A DNA stretch of 38,007 nucleotides, from positions 1 through 38,007 of the IMG/VR virus record IMGVR_UViG_3300040942_000041. One strand, written 5' to 3'. Both the position numbers and the translations under genes were made by a program. Shown here piece by piece: positions 1-8,066 of the stretch (position 1 is the first letter of the stretch; every line of letters begins with the position of its first letter). This stretch comes from a virus (lineage: Duplodnaviria; Caudoviricetes). Under the pieces are notes generated by a model. That model ran no database searches. It saw only the letters and a list, made by a program, of their open reading frames with translations, and was not told the origin of the DNA.

Positions 1-2
1 AC

Positions 3-146
3 CAGAGGCTTCTGTTGGCCAACTACAAGGCCGACTTGGAGATGGTTCTGCTCAACGTCCATGATATGGATGAGTTCTTCAAGGTGAGTCAAGAGGCTGT
101 GAAGAAGGCCGACCAACAGCCAGTGGAAACGTATTACATTACTTAG
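3..146 (+). CDS. 3' end of a hypothetical protein (partial; QRLLLANYKADLEMVLL...PVETYYIT*)
   Basis: Open frame from the window edge to TAG 144-146, overlapping the convergent PolB stop; codon usage like neighbouring genes. Confidence 0.65.
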   Translation, partial: QRLLLANYKADLEMVLLNVHDMDEFFKVSQEAVKKADQQPVETYYIT

Positions 147-2269
147 AGGGTAGTCTGTGTAGTATTCTCCTTAGTCGGCTTCGGCTTTTTATACTTGGTG
201 ACGGCTTCGATGATGCCAAGTCTCCACACGATGGGGTCTATCTGCTTCGTCACATACCACTGGTAGTCTATCTCTCCCTCTTTCGTTAGGTTGGTGAGTT
301 TTGGCCCGTCTCTCGTCATGAAGTATTGGACTACCCCATACTGCACCATGTCGTTGGGAACCCACCCCGTCTCAAGGGCGTTCTTGAAAGCCTTAACGTG
401 CTGTGGGATTCCGGCCTTGTGCATCTTTCCGGTCTTGCCCTTCTTCTCCTTCCCATACTCTGAGACATCCTTGCTCATGTGCTTCTCAAGCACTAGCAAG
501 GGGTCATACCGCCCTTTGTAGAGGTTGACCTTCGTTACCTCATAGAAGTTCAGCATCCTCTCCTTTGGAACCCCGTTGACTTGCATCTTCTTCAGAGCCT
601 CTTGAAGCATCTGGGCCAGTTCAGTCCAATCTCCTCTAAGGGTCTCCATCCCGGCCTCTTCAAACCTATTCACCACTTCTCCGGTCTTGTCTCTGTGGAC
701 TATGCCGTAATACTTCTTCTTGGCCTTCTCACCCTTTGTGCTTCTGGGGAACCCTATCACCTTCCAGTGGTTCTCAAGTCCGAACTTGATGTTGTCCATG
801 TTGTAGGTGCGCTTCACGAAGTCGTTGATTAGGTTGTGAATGGTCTCCCTCTCTTCCCACGTTCCATGAACGAAGATGGAGTCTGTGTCCATGTAGTAGA
901 CCACATAGCCCAGACTTCTCAGGAACTCTGCCGTGTGGGTGAGGATGTCTCTTCCATGAAAGCAGGTCTGGTCTGAGACCTCTACCGCTTTGAATCTGTA
1001 GAAGGTGCTGGCGAAGATGCCGTAGAGGGCGTTGACCGAAATCTTGTAGGCCCACCTTTCTACCTTGTCTTTAGCATTGCGTTTGCCAGCCAAGAGGTCA
1101 CGGACTATAGGTTCTATGAGGTCGAAGTGGCCTTGCGGGGCCAGTTTGTATGCAAGTATCACGTTGGGATACAGGGAATCAACATCGAACTGAAGCACGT
1201 TGTCGAAGAACCCTCTCTCGTAGACTTCGACCCATGCTCCTGTATATTTGGGTCTCTGGTTGTATCCACTCTTGCAGGGCAATACATATCCTAGTTTGTG
1301 TGCATATTTCAAGAAGTATTGGTCAAGGACAGGGGTGACTGTGATGGTCTTCTTGATTGGGTGGACTCCGAAGATTTGGTCTGGGAAGATGTGACCCTGT
1401 TTCGCCATCTGGATACAGACCTTGCTATAATCCTTGGGCGCGTTGGTTAGTAAGTTCTTGGCCGTGTCTATCATTTCTGTGACTTCTGCATCCCACAGCA
1501 CCCTCTCCTTCAGTTGCTCTGTTGGGAGTAGACTGAGCCTTGTGTTGGTAAAGGGCTTCTTCATGTCAAAGAACCTCTTGCCCACCTTCTCTAAAGACCA
1601 CTGGCTTCGGAAGTTCTTCTCCATGAAACGGTAGGCCAGCGAGAGGTCTAGGAACCTAGTCGAATTGTAGTCGAATCGCACGTTGCTGTAGGCCATTCTC
1701 TTCATAAAGAAGGGAACGTCCCAGAACTTGCTGTTCCAACCCTTCATCAGACCAATCTTGTTCTCTCCGATGAAGTCCACTGCGCCTTGTAGGATGCCCT
1801 TTTCTAGCCCTGTCCAAGCATACTTCTGTCCCTTGTAGATGATGCCTATAGCCGTTATCGGGACGTTGGCCGTCTCTGGGTCTGGCTTCACTCCTGAGTC
1901 GTCCTCTTCTGTGTCCCATGAAGCCACATTCGGATAATCACCACATACATAATCGTTGTCCAGCATCCATACTCCTACATACTTCTTGTCGGCCTCATAG
2001 ACGGACACGCTCTTCGCCTCTTGGAAGTTCCTGAAGAACTTGACGTTCTGAGGCACGTTGAAGGTGTATCTCTTCACGTTCTCTCCTGTGTCGAAGGTCT
2101 TGAAGTCCGTCCTCTCCATCTTGGCTTGCGTCTGTATCTCGTTCTTGGACGGCGCAAAACAGTAGGGCAGAGGCGTGGGGTCTATGACCTCAATCACTCC
2201 GTTCCGGTAGACTTTCATCTTGACCTTTCCGACTTCAGTGAAGTAGTTGGCCGACTCGAATGGTATCAT
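143..2269 (-). CDS. polB: Family B DNA polymerase with 3'-5' exonuclease
   Basis: ExoI WDTEE, ExoII GWNSKFWD, ExoIII LWDA, Pol motifs FDVDSLYP, KISVNALYG, YMDTDS; start placed at ATG 2269 (ATGA overlap with the upstream stop). Confidence 0.96.
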   Translation of the reverse strand: MIPFESANYFTEVGKVKMKVYRNGVIEVIDPTPLPYCFAPSKNEIQTQAKMERTDFKTFDTGENVKRYTFNVPQNVKFFRNFQEAKSVSVYEADKKYVGVWMLDNDYVCGDYPNVASWDTEEDDSGVKPDPETANVPITAIGIIYKGQKYAWTGLEKGILQGAVDFIGENKIGLMKGWNSKFWDVPFFMKRMAYSNVRFDYNSTRFLDLSLAYRFMEKNFRSQWSLEKVGKRFFDMKKPFTNTRLSLLPTEQLKERVLWDAEVTEMIDTAKNLLTNAPKDYSKVCIQMAKQGHIFPDQIFGVHPIKKTITVTPVLDQYFLKYAHKLGYVLPCKSGYNQRPKYTGAWVEVYERGFFDNVLQFDVDSLYPNVILAYKLAPQGHFDLIEPIVRDLLAGKRNAKDKVERWAYKISVNALYGIFASTFYRFKAVEVSDQTCFHGRDILTHTAEFLRSLGYVVYYMDTDSIFVHGTWEERETIHNLINDFVKRTYNMDNIKFGLENHWKVIGFPRSTKGEKAKKKYYGIVHRDKTGEVVNRFEEAGMETLRGDWTELAQMLQEALKKMQVNGVPKERMLNFYEVTKVNLYKGRYDPLLVLEKHMSKDVSEYGKEKKGKTGKMHKAGIPQHVKAFKNALETGWVPNDMVQYGVVQYFMTRDGPKLTNLTKEGEIDYQWYVTKQIDPIVWRLGIIEAVTKYKKPKPTKENTTQTTL

Positions 2270-2670
2270 CCTATCGCCCTCTCTATGATGGCCCACAAAT
2301 CGGGGTCGTTGGTCATAAGTGTTTCCTGTTTGGGTGGCTTGAGGCCACCTTCGATGGTCGGCACATAGTCCACATATTGCTCGACCTTGCTAATGACAGC
2401 AGGGCAGGGCTTCAGTTCGTCGCACCCTTTCAAGTATTCTGTTATCAGTTTTATCGCGCTCTCTCTGTCCATCTTCAGGATGCTTATGGTGTAGGGAGCC
2501 AAGACGAGCCAGAGGAGCCTATTGCGGCCATCTGTGACGGGCGTGAGAAGGAGTTTCGCTATGTAGGTATAGCCCTCACTACTGCCACCACTACTGCTAC
2601 TCTTTCCAGACTCTACTTCCTTGTGGAATTGGGCCTTGAATATCTCTGTGTTGAAAGGGTCATCGCTCAA
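2266..2670 (-). CDS. priX: PriX-like primase non-catalytic subunit
   Basis: YIAKLLLTPVTDGRNRLLWLVLAPY...AIKLITEYLKGC...GLKPP..ETL...DPDLW resembles archaeal PriX / primase C-terminal helical domain; replication context. Confidence 0.7.
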   Translation of the reverse strand: MSDDPFNTEIFKAQFHKEVESGKSSSSGGSSEGYTYIAKLLLTPVTDGRNRLLWLVLAPYTISILKMDRESAIKLITEYLKGCDELKPCPAVISKVEQYVDYVPTIEGGLKPPKQETLMTNDPDLWAIIERAIG

Positions 2671-3647
2671 GATTCCTTCGCCTCTTGTCTCTCAGCCTTT
2701 TGCTCTTCTTTCACGACCTTGAGTTCTGCGGCTGATGTTCTGACAAAGCCCTTATCAGTGATGAGAAGGTTATACATTTTGCCATAGTCTGGAAGAGTCG
2801 GAAATCTCATTACCCAGACTTCTCTCGCACCGTGAGGCGTTTGCTTCGGTTTGAAGCCATACAGCACTTTGGTATTGTAACCCACTGCTCCACCACCCTT
2901 CTCATGGAGTTCCTTCTCAATCATTGTGGCTGTGAAGGGGTCTGTCGGGTTGTTGGTGATGTGGTTGGTGGTCATGATATAGGTGCTCTTCTTGACCGAT
3001 TGGCCGTATCTGGTGACTAGGCGTTGCATGGTGTTGAGGAACGTCTCTTCAAGTTGCGCTCTGATGTTGAAGTTCTGTCTCCCACCGCTTATCAGTTCGT
3101 CAAAGGGGTTGGTGAAGGAGTCAACCACGATGTAGCGTATGTCGTGCGCGTTGAGCATCTTGACCAGAGGCGAGTTCTCAGTGTCCACTTTGATGGTCTT
3201 GAAAGCGAGTGTGCTACCCTTCTGTTTCTCCTCTGCGTCCTTCTTTGCCTTTTCCTCTCTCTTGGCTCTGTCTTCTGGGGTCTCTCCCTTTATGTCCTTC
3301 AAGGGCTTTGGTGTGGACACGCTTGCTTCGGTGATTATGACCTTTCCCTCTTGTCCAATGAAGCGCATCATGTCTTCAGCAGTCGGACACCATACCCAAT
3401 GAATCACTGGCTCAACGCCATACTTCTCGGTAAAGACCTTATCCCACCCCGGATGCTCGTCTATTGCAATGGTGAACATGAAGTCGGTAGGCTCTTCTGT
3501 CGAAATCCACAGAATCTCACCGCCTTCTTCTTTCACTATCTTGAAGCCCAACTCACGCGAGTAGAGGCTCTTTCCCGTTTGCTTCTTGCCGCACGTCCCC
3601 ATTATGATGAAGGGAACCATCGGTTCATCTAACTCAAGGAATTTCAT
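2667..3647 (-). CDS. RadA/RadB-like (RecA superfamily) ATPase
   Basis: Walker A GKKQTGKS, WISTE, Walker B IVVDS, TNHI and GG motif as in RadA; lacks RadA N-terminal domain; ~40-aa charged insertion. Confidence 0.8.
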   Translation of the reverse strand: MKFLELDEPMVPFIIMGTCGKKQTGKSLYSRELGFKIVKEEGGEILWISTEEPTDFMFTIAIDEHPGWDKVFTEKYGVEPVIHWVWCPTAEDMMRFIGQEGKVIITEASVSTPKPLKDIKGETPEDRAKREEKAKKDAEEKQKGSTLAFKTIKVDTENSPLVKMLNAHDIRYIVVDSFTNPFDELISGGRQNFNIRAQLEETFLNTMQRLVTRYGQSVKKSTYIMTTNHITNNPTDPFTATMIEKELHEKGGGAVGYNTKVLYGFKPKQTPHGAREVWVMRFPTLPDYGKMYNLLITDKGFVRTSAAELKVVKEEQKAERQEAKES

Positions 3648-3662
3648 GTGACTACCTTCGGG

Positions 3663-3682
3663 TTGACACTATTTAAGGATTC
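3663..3682 (-). promoter_or_regulatory. BRE/TATA promoter of the radA-priX-polB operon
   Basis: GAATCCTTAAATAGTGTCAA, TATA element 22 nt before ATG 3647; 19/20 identical to 8028-8047. Confidence 0.75.
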
Positions 3683-4363
3683 TTAGTTCGTTCTGTAAGC
3701 GTAGTAGTCCTTTCCGAGTTCCACTTCATCTCCGTCATATCCAGCGATGACCGAACCGCGCCCGTCTGACTCGATGACATACTTGGCTAGTTTCGTGGAA
3801 TCAACCTGTGCGAACTGTTTGAAGGCTTCGTCTCCGAACTCTCTAATATACCAGTCAATGATGCTGTCGTTGCCCTGCCAGTCCTCTCTGAGTTGGTCGG
3901 CAAACTCCTCTTCTGAGGCCACGTTCTTCTTGGCCATCTCCTCATCCAGTCTGGTCTCGAACTCTGGGTCGCTTGACGGCTCTTCCCTTATGTTCTCGAT
4001 ATAATTGTCAACCGATTCGGATAGGGCGGTCTCGAAGTCGTCCTCATTCAGCACAAAGTCCTTCCATTCTACTGAGAAACCCTCTTGTCCCGTCTCTTCA
4101 AAGGTATCTACAACGCTCTGTTCTGCGAACTCATCGGCCTCTTGGTCGTTCATGATGAACCATGTCTCATGGCCTACTTCGACTTCAACATAGGGAGAGG
4201 GGTCTACGTTGTGGATGTCGCCAACATTGTAACCTAGATGGTAGAGCAACTGCACTATAGCCTCAAGATGAGGCGCATCTACGTCTGGGAATCGGTCTTC
4301 CATCTCGCTTGTGGCGACCTTTCCTTCTGCTGGCTTCGGTGTTTCCTCTGGCGGCTCTGCCAT
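3683..4363 (-). CDS. Highly acidic hypothetical protein (C-terminal DGRG..IAGYDG.E...YYAYRTN)
   Basis: Real start likely ATG 4363 (MAEPPEE), 23 nt after TTTAAATA at 4394-4387; the 154 upstream codons of the track ORF look non-coding. Confidence 0.8.
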   Translation of the reverse strand: MAEPPEETPKPAEGKVATSEMEDRFPDVDAPHLEAIVQLLYHLGYNVGDIHNVDPSPYVEVEVGHETWFIMNDQEADEFAEQSVVDTFEETGQEGFSVEWKDFVLNEDDFETALSESVDNYIENIREEPSSDPEFETRLDEEMAKKNVASEEEFADQLREDWQGNDSIIDWYIREFGDEAFKQFAQVDSTKLAKYVIESDGRGSVIAGYDGDEVELGKDYYAYRTN

Positions 4364-4386
4364 AGACAAACTATAGCCAAGCGGTC

Positions 4387-4428
4387 TATTTAAAGGCTTG
4401 CAGACGAGCATGACGCAATGTTTATAAG
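4387..4428. promoter_or_regulatory. Back-to-back TATA boxes (minus TTTAAATA 4394-4387; plus TTTATAAG 4421-4428)
   Basis: Match the archaeal TATA consensus; spacing fits ATG 4363 and a start near 4450. Confidence 0.65.
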
Positions 4429-4449
4429 ATGACAAAACCATAGGGTGGA

Positions 4450-4710
4450 GTGACAAGGGGAAGTTCCGAAGGGTGGGGTTTCTCCACTCAGGAACCCTGA
4501 GTAACTTGTGCCACCGCGTTTGTGGTAACGGTTTACTTGGGCGCATAGTATCCTTCGAGTCGTCCACGTTCCGACTGAGTGACTGAATGACGGAAGACCG
4601 ACAAGGCATCCGCCGTAAATGACCTGCGGCACAAGTGGGGAGTGATGACCTCATTCGGGGCCGCCGGGGTGGATTCATCTCCACCCCGTATTCATATTCA
4701 ACTTGTCTCA
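4450..4710 (+). ncRNA. Candidate structured non-coding RNA (or structured replication origin)
   Basis: Nested complementary segments 4452-4457/4702-4707, 4463-4470/4654-4661, 4486-4492/4496-4502, 4504-4512/4628-4636, 4569-4573/4591-4595, 4665-4673/4680-4688; own TATA box; no credible ORF. Confidence 0.55.
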
Positions 4711-4746
4711 AAATCCTTTTATAGTGTGTTTGGTAGGGATAGAGTA

Positions 4747-6093
4747 ATGTCTGAGAGCAATCGTGTTTTGAATACGTTTCAACAGATTCGCGCCCTCTAT
4801 CAGAGGTCTGATGTTGAGAAGACACCAGAAGGAATCACGATTAGCGTGGGAGCGAAACTCTACATCGCCTACCCCACTACGATTGCATCGCCAGTCTACA
4901 TCGTGGACACGAAGAACATCATCCACAGCAAGAAGATTTCCCTACCTCTGATGGAGATGGACATCAAGGCGTTGGATGAGATTTTCGACCTGAAGGACAG
5001 GGACTACATCACGAAGCGGATAGGAGACGACCCACGAATCAAGGGGTGGGATGACTTGGGACTTTACACCTTTGGGACGGATTACTCGTTCAACGACCTC
5101 ACTTTAGGCAAGTGGCTCGATGTCTCAACTGGACAGGTGACGGAAGAGTGGACTAAACTTCTGGCCGACATCATAGAATACAACTGTGTCCGAGACCCTG
5201 CTCTGGCCCTCTCCAACAAAGCCACTTTGCCAAGAGGCTATGTTATGAGGTATCAGCCGCACGAACTTCAAATCACGCCACCTAATACGGGCAAGAGCAC
5301 GTTCTTTGAACTCATAGGCAAGAATGTGGATAAGGCCACTAAGAACACCCTGTTGGGTTCTGTCAAGTGGACAGACGACAAGGCGGCTGGATTGTTCGCT
5401 GACCAATACTTTGCGCTTGCCATAGACCAGATAGAGAGCCAGACCATAGAGAACATGGCTGGATTCCTTCTGGGTCATCTAGAATCTGGAAAGTCCAGAG
5501 TAGCGGGTGGCGGTGGGGAGATGATGGTTCAAGGCGCGTGTCCCTTAGTCATAACGGCCAACCCACTGGCTTTGTCTGGAAGTCATACCGCAATTATGCG
5601 CGACATCTTGGGCTTCCTCTGTCGTAACAGTTATGCTATGGGCAGAAGGTTCGGCATCATAAACTATGGTGGCTATGCTCCATTGGTGGACAAGGGCTAT
5701 GATGATGTCGAGCATCGGAGATTGGTCGAGACCTATAGGGCTTTAGAGGAGAGGCTGACCGACACCCTTCAGAAGTTCTGGCTCCATCCCAAGATTAAGG
5801 CGTATTGCAATCAGCCCATCTATGACCCGTCTCTCTATGACAAGATAGAGGCGTGCGACACGGTAGAGGTTAGGTCGTTCTTCTTAGCCCATTACGCCCA
5901 TTCATATCCCCATCTTAGAGGCGGTGCTCTGAACTGCGCCTTGTCCGACAATCTGCCCAAACTGGCGAAGATAGACGTTCTTATGATGGATGACTTGGAC
6001 AAGATAGTGGACGACATAATCGAGAAGGCCAACGAGTATGCTGAACTGCTTAAGGTGATAAATATTGCCAGTATCGAATACACCCTCTCCTGA
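4747..6093 (+). CDS. MCM-like AAA+ ATPase, putative replicative helicase
   Basis: Walker A TPPNTGKS, Walker B LAIDQ, LESGK, sensor-1 ITANP, Arg finger GRRF; next to primase; start ATG 4747 is 22 nt after TTTTATAG 4717-4724. Confidence 0.7.
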   Translation: MSESNRVLNTFQQIRALYQRSDVEKTPEGITISVGAKLYIAYPTTIASPVYIVDTKNIIHSKKISLPLMEMDIKALDEIFDLKDRDYITKRIGDDPRIKGWDDLGLYTFGTDYSFNDLTLGKWLDVSTGQVTEEWTKLLADIIEYNCVRDPALALSNKATLPRGYVMRYQPHELQITPPNTGKSTFFELIGKNVDKATKNTLLGSVKWTDDKAAGLFADQYFALAIDQIESQTIENMAGFLLGHLESGKSRVAGGGGEMMVQGACPLVITANPLALSGSHTAIMRDILGFLCRNSYAMGRRFGIINYGGYAPLVDKGYDDVEHRRLVETYRALEERLTDTLQKFWLHPKIKAYCNQPIYDPSLYDKIEACDTVEVRSFFLAHYAHSYPHLRGGALNCALSDNLPKLAKIDVLMMDDLDKIVDDIIEKANEYAELLKVINIASIEYTLS

Positions 6094-6319
6094 CCCCTTC
6101 TGGTGGCGGCAGTATAGCCCTTTCTTGGGTTACTGTCCTCAATGTGGAGCAGACGGTCTTGTGATTGCGGCAGATGGATTCATATGGTTCGACTTCCTCA
6201 GTTACGACATTCCTTTTGCCGAATGGAAGTGTTGGATGTGCGGCTTCGTTGTAAGGAACCCAACCTTAGAGGAAATTGAGGAGATGCGGAAGCACTCGAC
6301 AGGTGGATGGTGGGCATGA
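6065..6319 (+). CDS. Zinc-ribbon protein
   Basis: CPQC...CWMC; sits between helicase and primase with overlaps at both ends. Confidence 0.7.
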   Translation: MPVSNTPSPDPFWWRQYSPFLGYCPQCGADGLVIAADGFIWFDFLSYDIPFAEWKCWMCGFVVRNPTLEEIEEMRKHSTGGWWA

Positions 6320-7041
6320 GCCTTCCTTTCTTAGAGACTTGCCGAAAATGGTGGGACAGAGACTTCTCCACCTTCCCATCTGACAACATAGGGTTATACA
6401 GGTATAAGGCCCAGACCCAAGCCGACTACTATGAATATATCCTTGGGAAGTTGGCCGATGTAGATGACGCTTACTTCCCGTTCTATGTGCCAACCGTGAC
6501 CAAGGAATGGACTGAGGAGCAGAAACAGGATGTCATCATAAGGCGGCTCTTTCTTGATATGGATGTGCGAGAGAACGAAGAGGGTAAGAAGGACACTTTG
6601 GAGTCTATATGGGAAAAGGGCCGCTTCTTCGCCAAGCGGTTCTGGCCCAATATGGAACTCTTCTTCAGTGCTGGCAAGGGCTTCCACTTTTATGTCCACA
6701 TAGTTCCTACGACTTATGGTGAGTTGCGTGAGCATAGGGAGACGCTCTATTGGAACTTGAGCACTTGGCTCCAATATTTGATTGACAAGCGCACCTTCAT
6801 CAGTCTGGATAGAATCTGTCGCATAACTCTGACCAAGCATTCTATAGACCCCGACTTCCCTACCCCGATACGCTGGAAGGTTCCCATCCGACCTGAGATG
6901 AATATGACTGAGATTCTGAGATATAGCCAGTTTCCGACCAACTTCAAGGACGACTTTCTGAGGCTATATGAGAGGCCCATAGAACCCTTGGACTATAAGA
7001 TATTCTTACGGTCTCCCCACGAACTTCTTAGAAAGATTTAA
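6316..7041 (+). CDS. Archaeo-eukaryotic primase catalytic subunit (PriS-like)
   Basis: Motif I LFLDMD, motif II SAGKGFH, motif III LID...RICR; ATGA overlap at 6316. Confidence 0.88.
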   Translation: MSLPFLETCRKWWDRDFSTFPSDNIGLYRYKAQTQADYYEYILGKLADVDDAYFPFYVPTVTKEWTEEQKQDVIIRRLFLDMDVRENEEGKKDTLESIWEKGRFFAKRFWPNMELFFSAGKGFHFYVHIVPTTYGELREHRETLYWNLSTWLQYLIDKRTFISLDRICRITLTKHSIDPDFPTPIRWKVPIRPEMNMTEILRYSQFPTNFKDDFLRLYERPIEPLDYKIFLRSPHELLRKI

Positions 7042-7067
7042 ATAAGTGAAAGTGTATATTTCTGTAT

Positions 7068-7598
7068 ATGCCCTATGCTAATTTAGAGAATAAGAAGAGT
7101 TACAATCAGAGGTATAGAGAGTCGCACAAAGAAGAGTTAGTTCTCTATTCCAAACAGTATTATCAAACCCATAAAAGCACAAGTCTTCTCAAGGATAAAG
7201 AACGCTATGAGGGAAAGAAGGACGAAATCACTGCAAAACGAAGAGCCGACTATATCAAGTTATCAGAAGACGAGAAAGAGGCGTTGTTCAAAACACAGAA
7301 GCAATATCGGCAAGCGCACCCAGAAAGACAACGAGATTACAGACTACAAGCAAGGTATGGGATTTCTTTAGACGACTATAACAGACTTCGTTCAGTCCAG
7401 AACAACAGATGTCTTTTGTGTAGCCGAGTTTTTGAGAAGAGTCCAGATGTAGACCATGACCATAAGACTGGACGGATTAGAGGTCTCTTATGTAGAAAAT
7501 GCAATACTTTGATAGGTCTTTTGGAAAATCAGAATGTTTCGTTATCTCGTTTGCATCGCTTCCTCAAGAGTCCACACCTTATCATACAGAATCCTTAA
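7068..7598 (+). CDS. Endonuclease VII-like His-Me (HNH) homing endonuclease
   Basis: RYGISLDDY..QNNRCLLC...VDHDHKTGRIRGLLCRKCNT; basic N-terminus; AT-richer than flanks; own TATA at about 7037-7044. Confidence 0.9.
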   Translation: MPYANLENKKSYNQRYRESHKEELVLYSKQYYQTHKSTSLLKDKERYEGKKDEITAKRRADYIKLSEDEKEALFKTQKQYRQAHPERQRDYRLQARYGISLDDYNRLRSVQNNRCLLCSRVFEKSPDVDHDHKTGRIRGLLCRKCNTLIGLLENQNVSLSRLHRFLKSPHLIIQNP

Positions 7599-7625
7599 TA
7601 AGCCATGTCCCGTAGGGATGCGGAT

Positions 7626-7766
7626 ATGAGACCTGACCAAGAGACCTATTACGCTTGTAGGATTCATCCATGCGCTCTCTCCTTTGAAGAGGCCGCTTTC
7701 TTAGTTGCGCTTCTAGCAGACTGTCCGATGTGTGGCTGTTGTCTTGGCGCACATATAGAGGTATAA
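7626..7766 (+). CDS. Cys-rich microprotein (MRPDQETYYACRIHPC...CPMCGCCLGAHIEV)
   Basis: Fills the gap exactly; upstream AATCCTTAATAA element; alternative ATG at 7605. Confidence 0.6.
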   Translation: MRPDQETYYACRIHPCALSFEEAAFLVALLADCPMCGCCLGAHIEV

Positions 7767-7769
7767 GAC

Positions 7770-8066
7770 ATGGCAATAGAGACATCAATACTGGATGAAA
7801 TGCAACTGAAGAGGCTTGCAACTGTTCTGAGGTTTGGAGAGTTTGACCTACTTACAGGTGAAGAGATAGAGGCGATTGCATTAACTCTTGAAGCCCTTGC
7901 AAAGAAGGAAGCGTTGAAATGCAAGAAGTGTCGTGGTCATGGACAACTCATCACCTTTCTCCCAGACGAAGTGCATTCACCCTACTTCATCCCTTGCCCA
8001 GACTGTCATGGGACAGGTGAGGAGCCTGAATCCTTAAATAGCGTCAAGACAGAGGGTAAGCCATGA
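7770..8066 (+). CDS. Small protein with DnaJ-type zinc finger
   Basis: CKKCRGHG...CPDCHGTG; ATGA overlap with next gene. Confidence 0.75.
   Translation: MAIETSILDEMQLKRLATVLRFGEFDLLTGEEIEAIALTLEALAKKEALKCKKCRGHGQLITFLPDEVHSPYFIPCPDCHGTGEEPESLNSVKTEGKP
8028..8047 (+). promoter_or_regulatory. BRE/TATA promoter of the RPA gene
   Basis: GAATCCTTAAATAGCGTCAA, TATA element 22 nt before ATG 8063. Confidence 0.75.

Noticed and set aside
4455-4710. RNase P or SRP RNA identity (GGGGAAGTTCCG resembles RNase P CR-I; CCCTGAGTAAC resembles an Alu motif)
   Set aside because: No ACAGAA-type CR-V and no SRP helix 8 motif found
4364-4825. N-terminal 154 codons of the 380-aa track ORF and the first 35 codons of the 483-aa ORF
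   Set aside because: Atypical composition; they span TATA boxes and the structured element; better starts at 4363 and 4747
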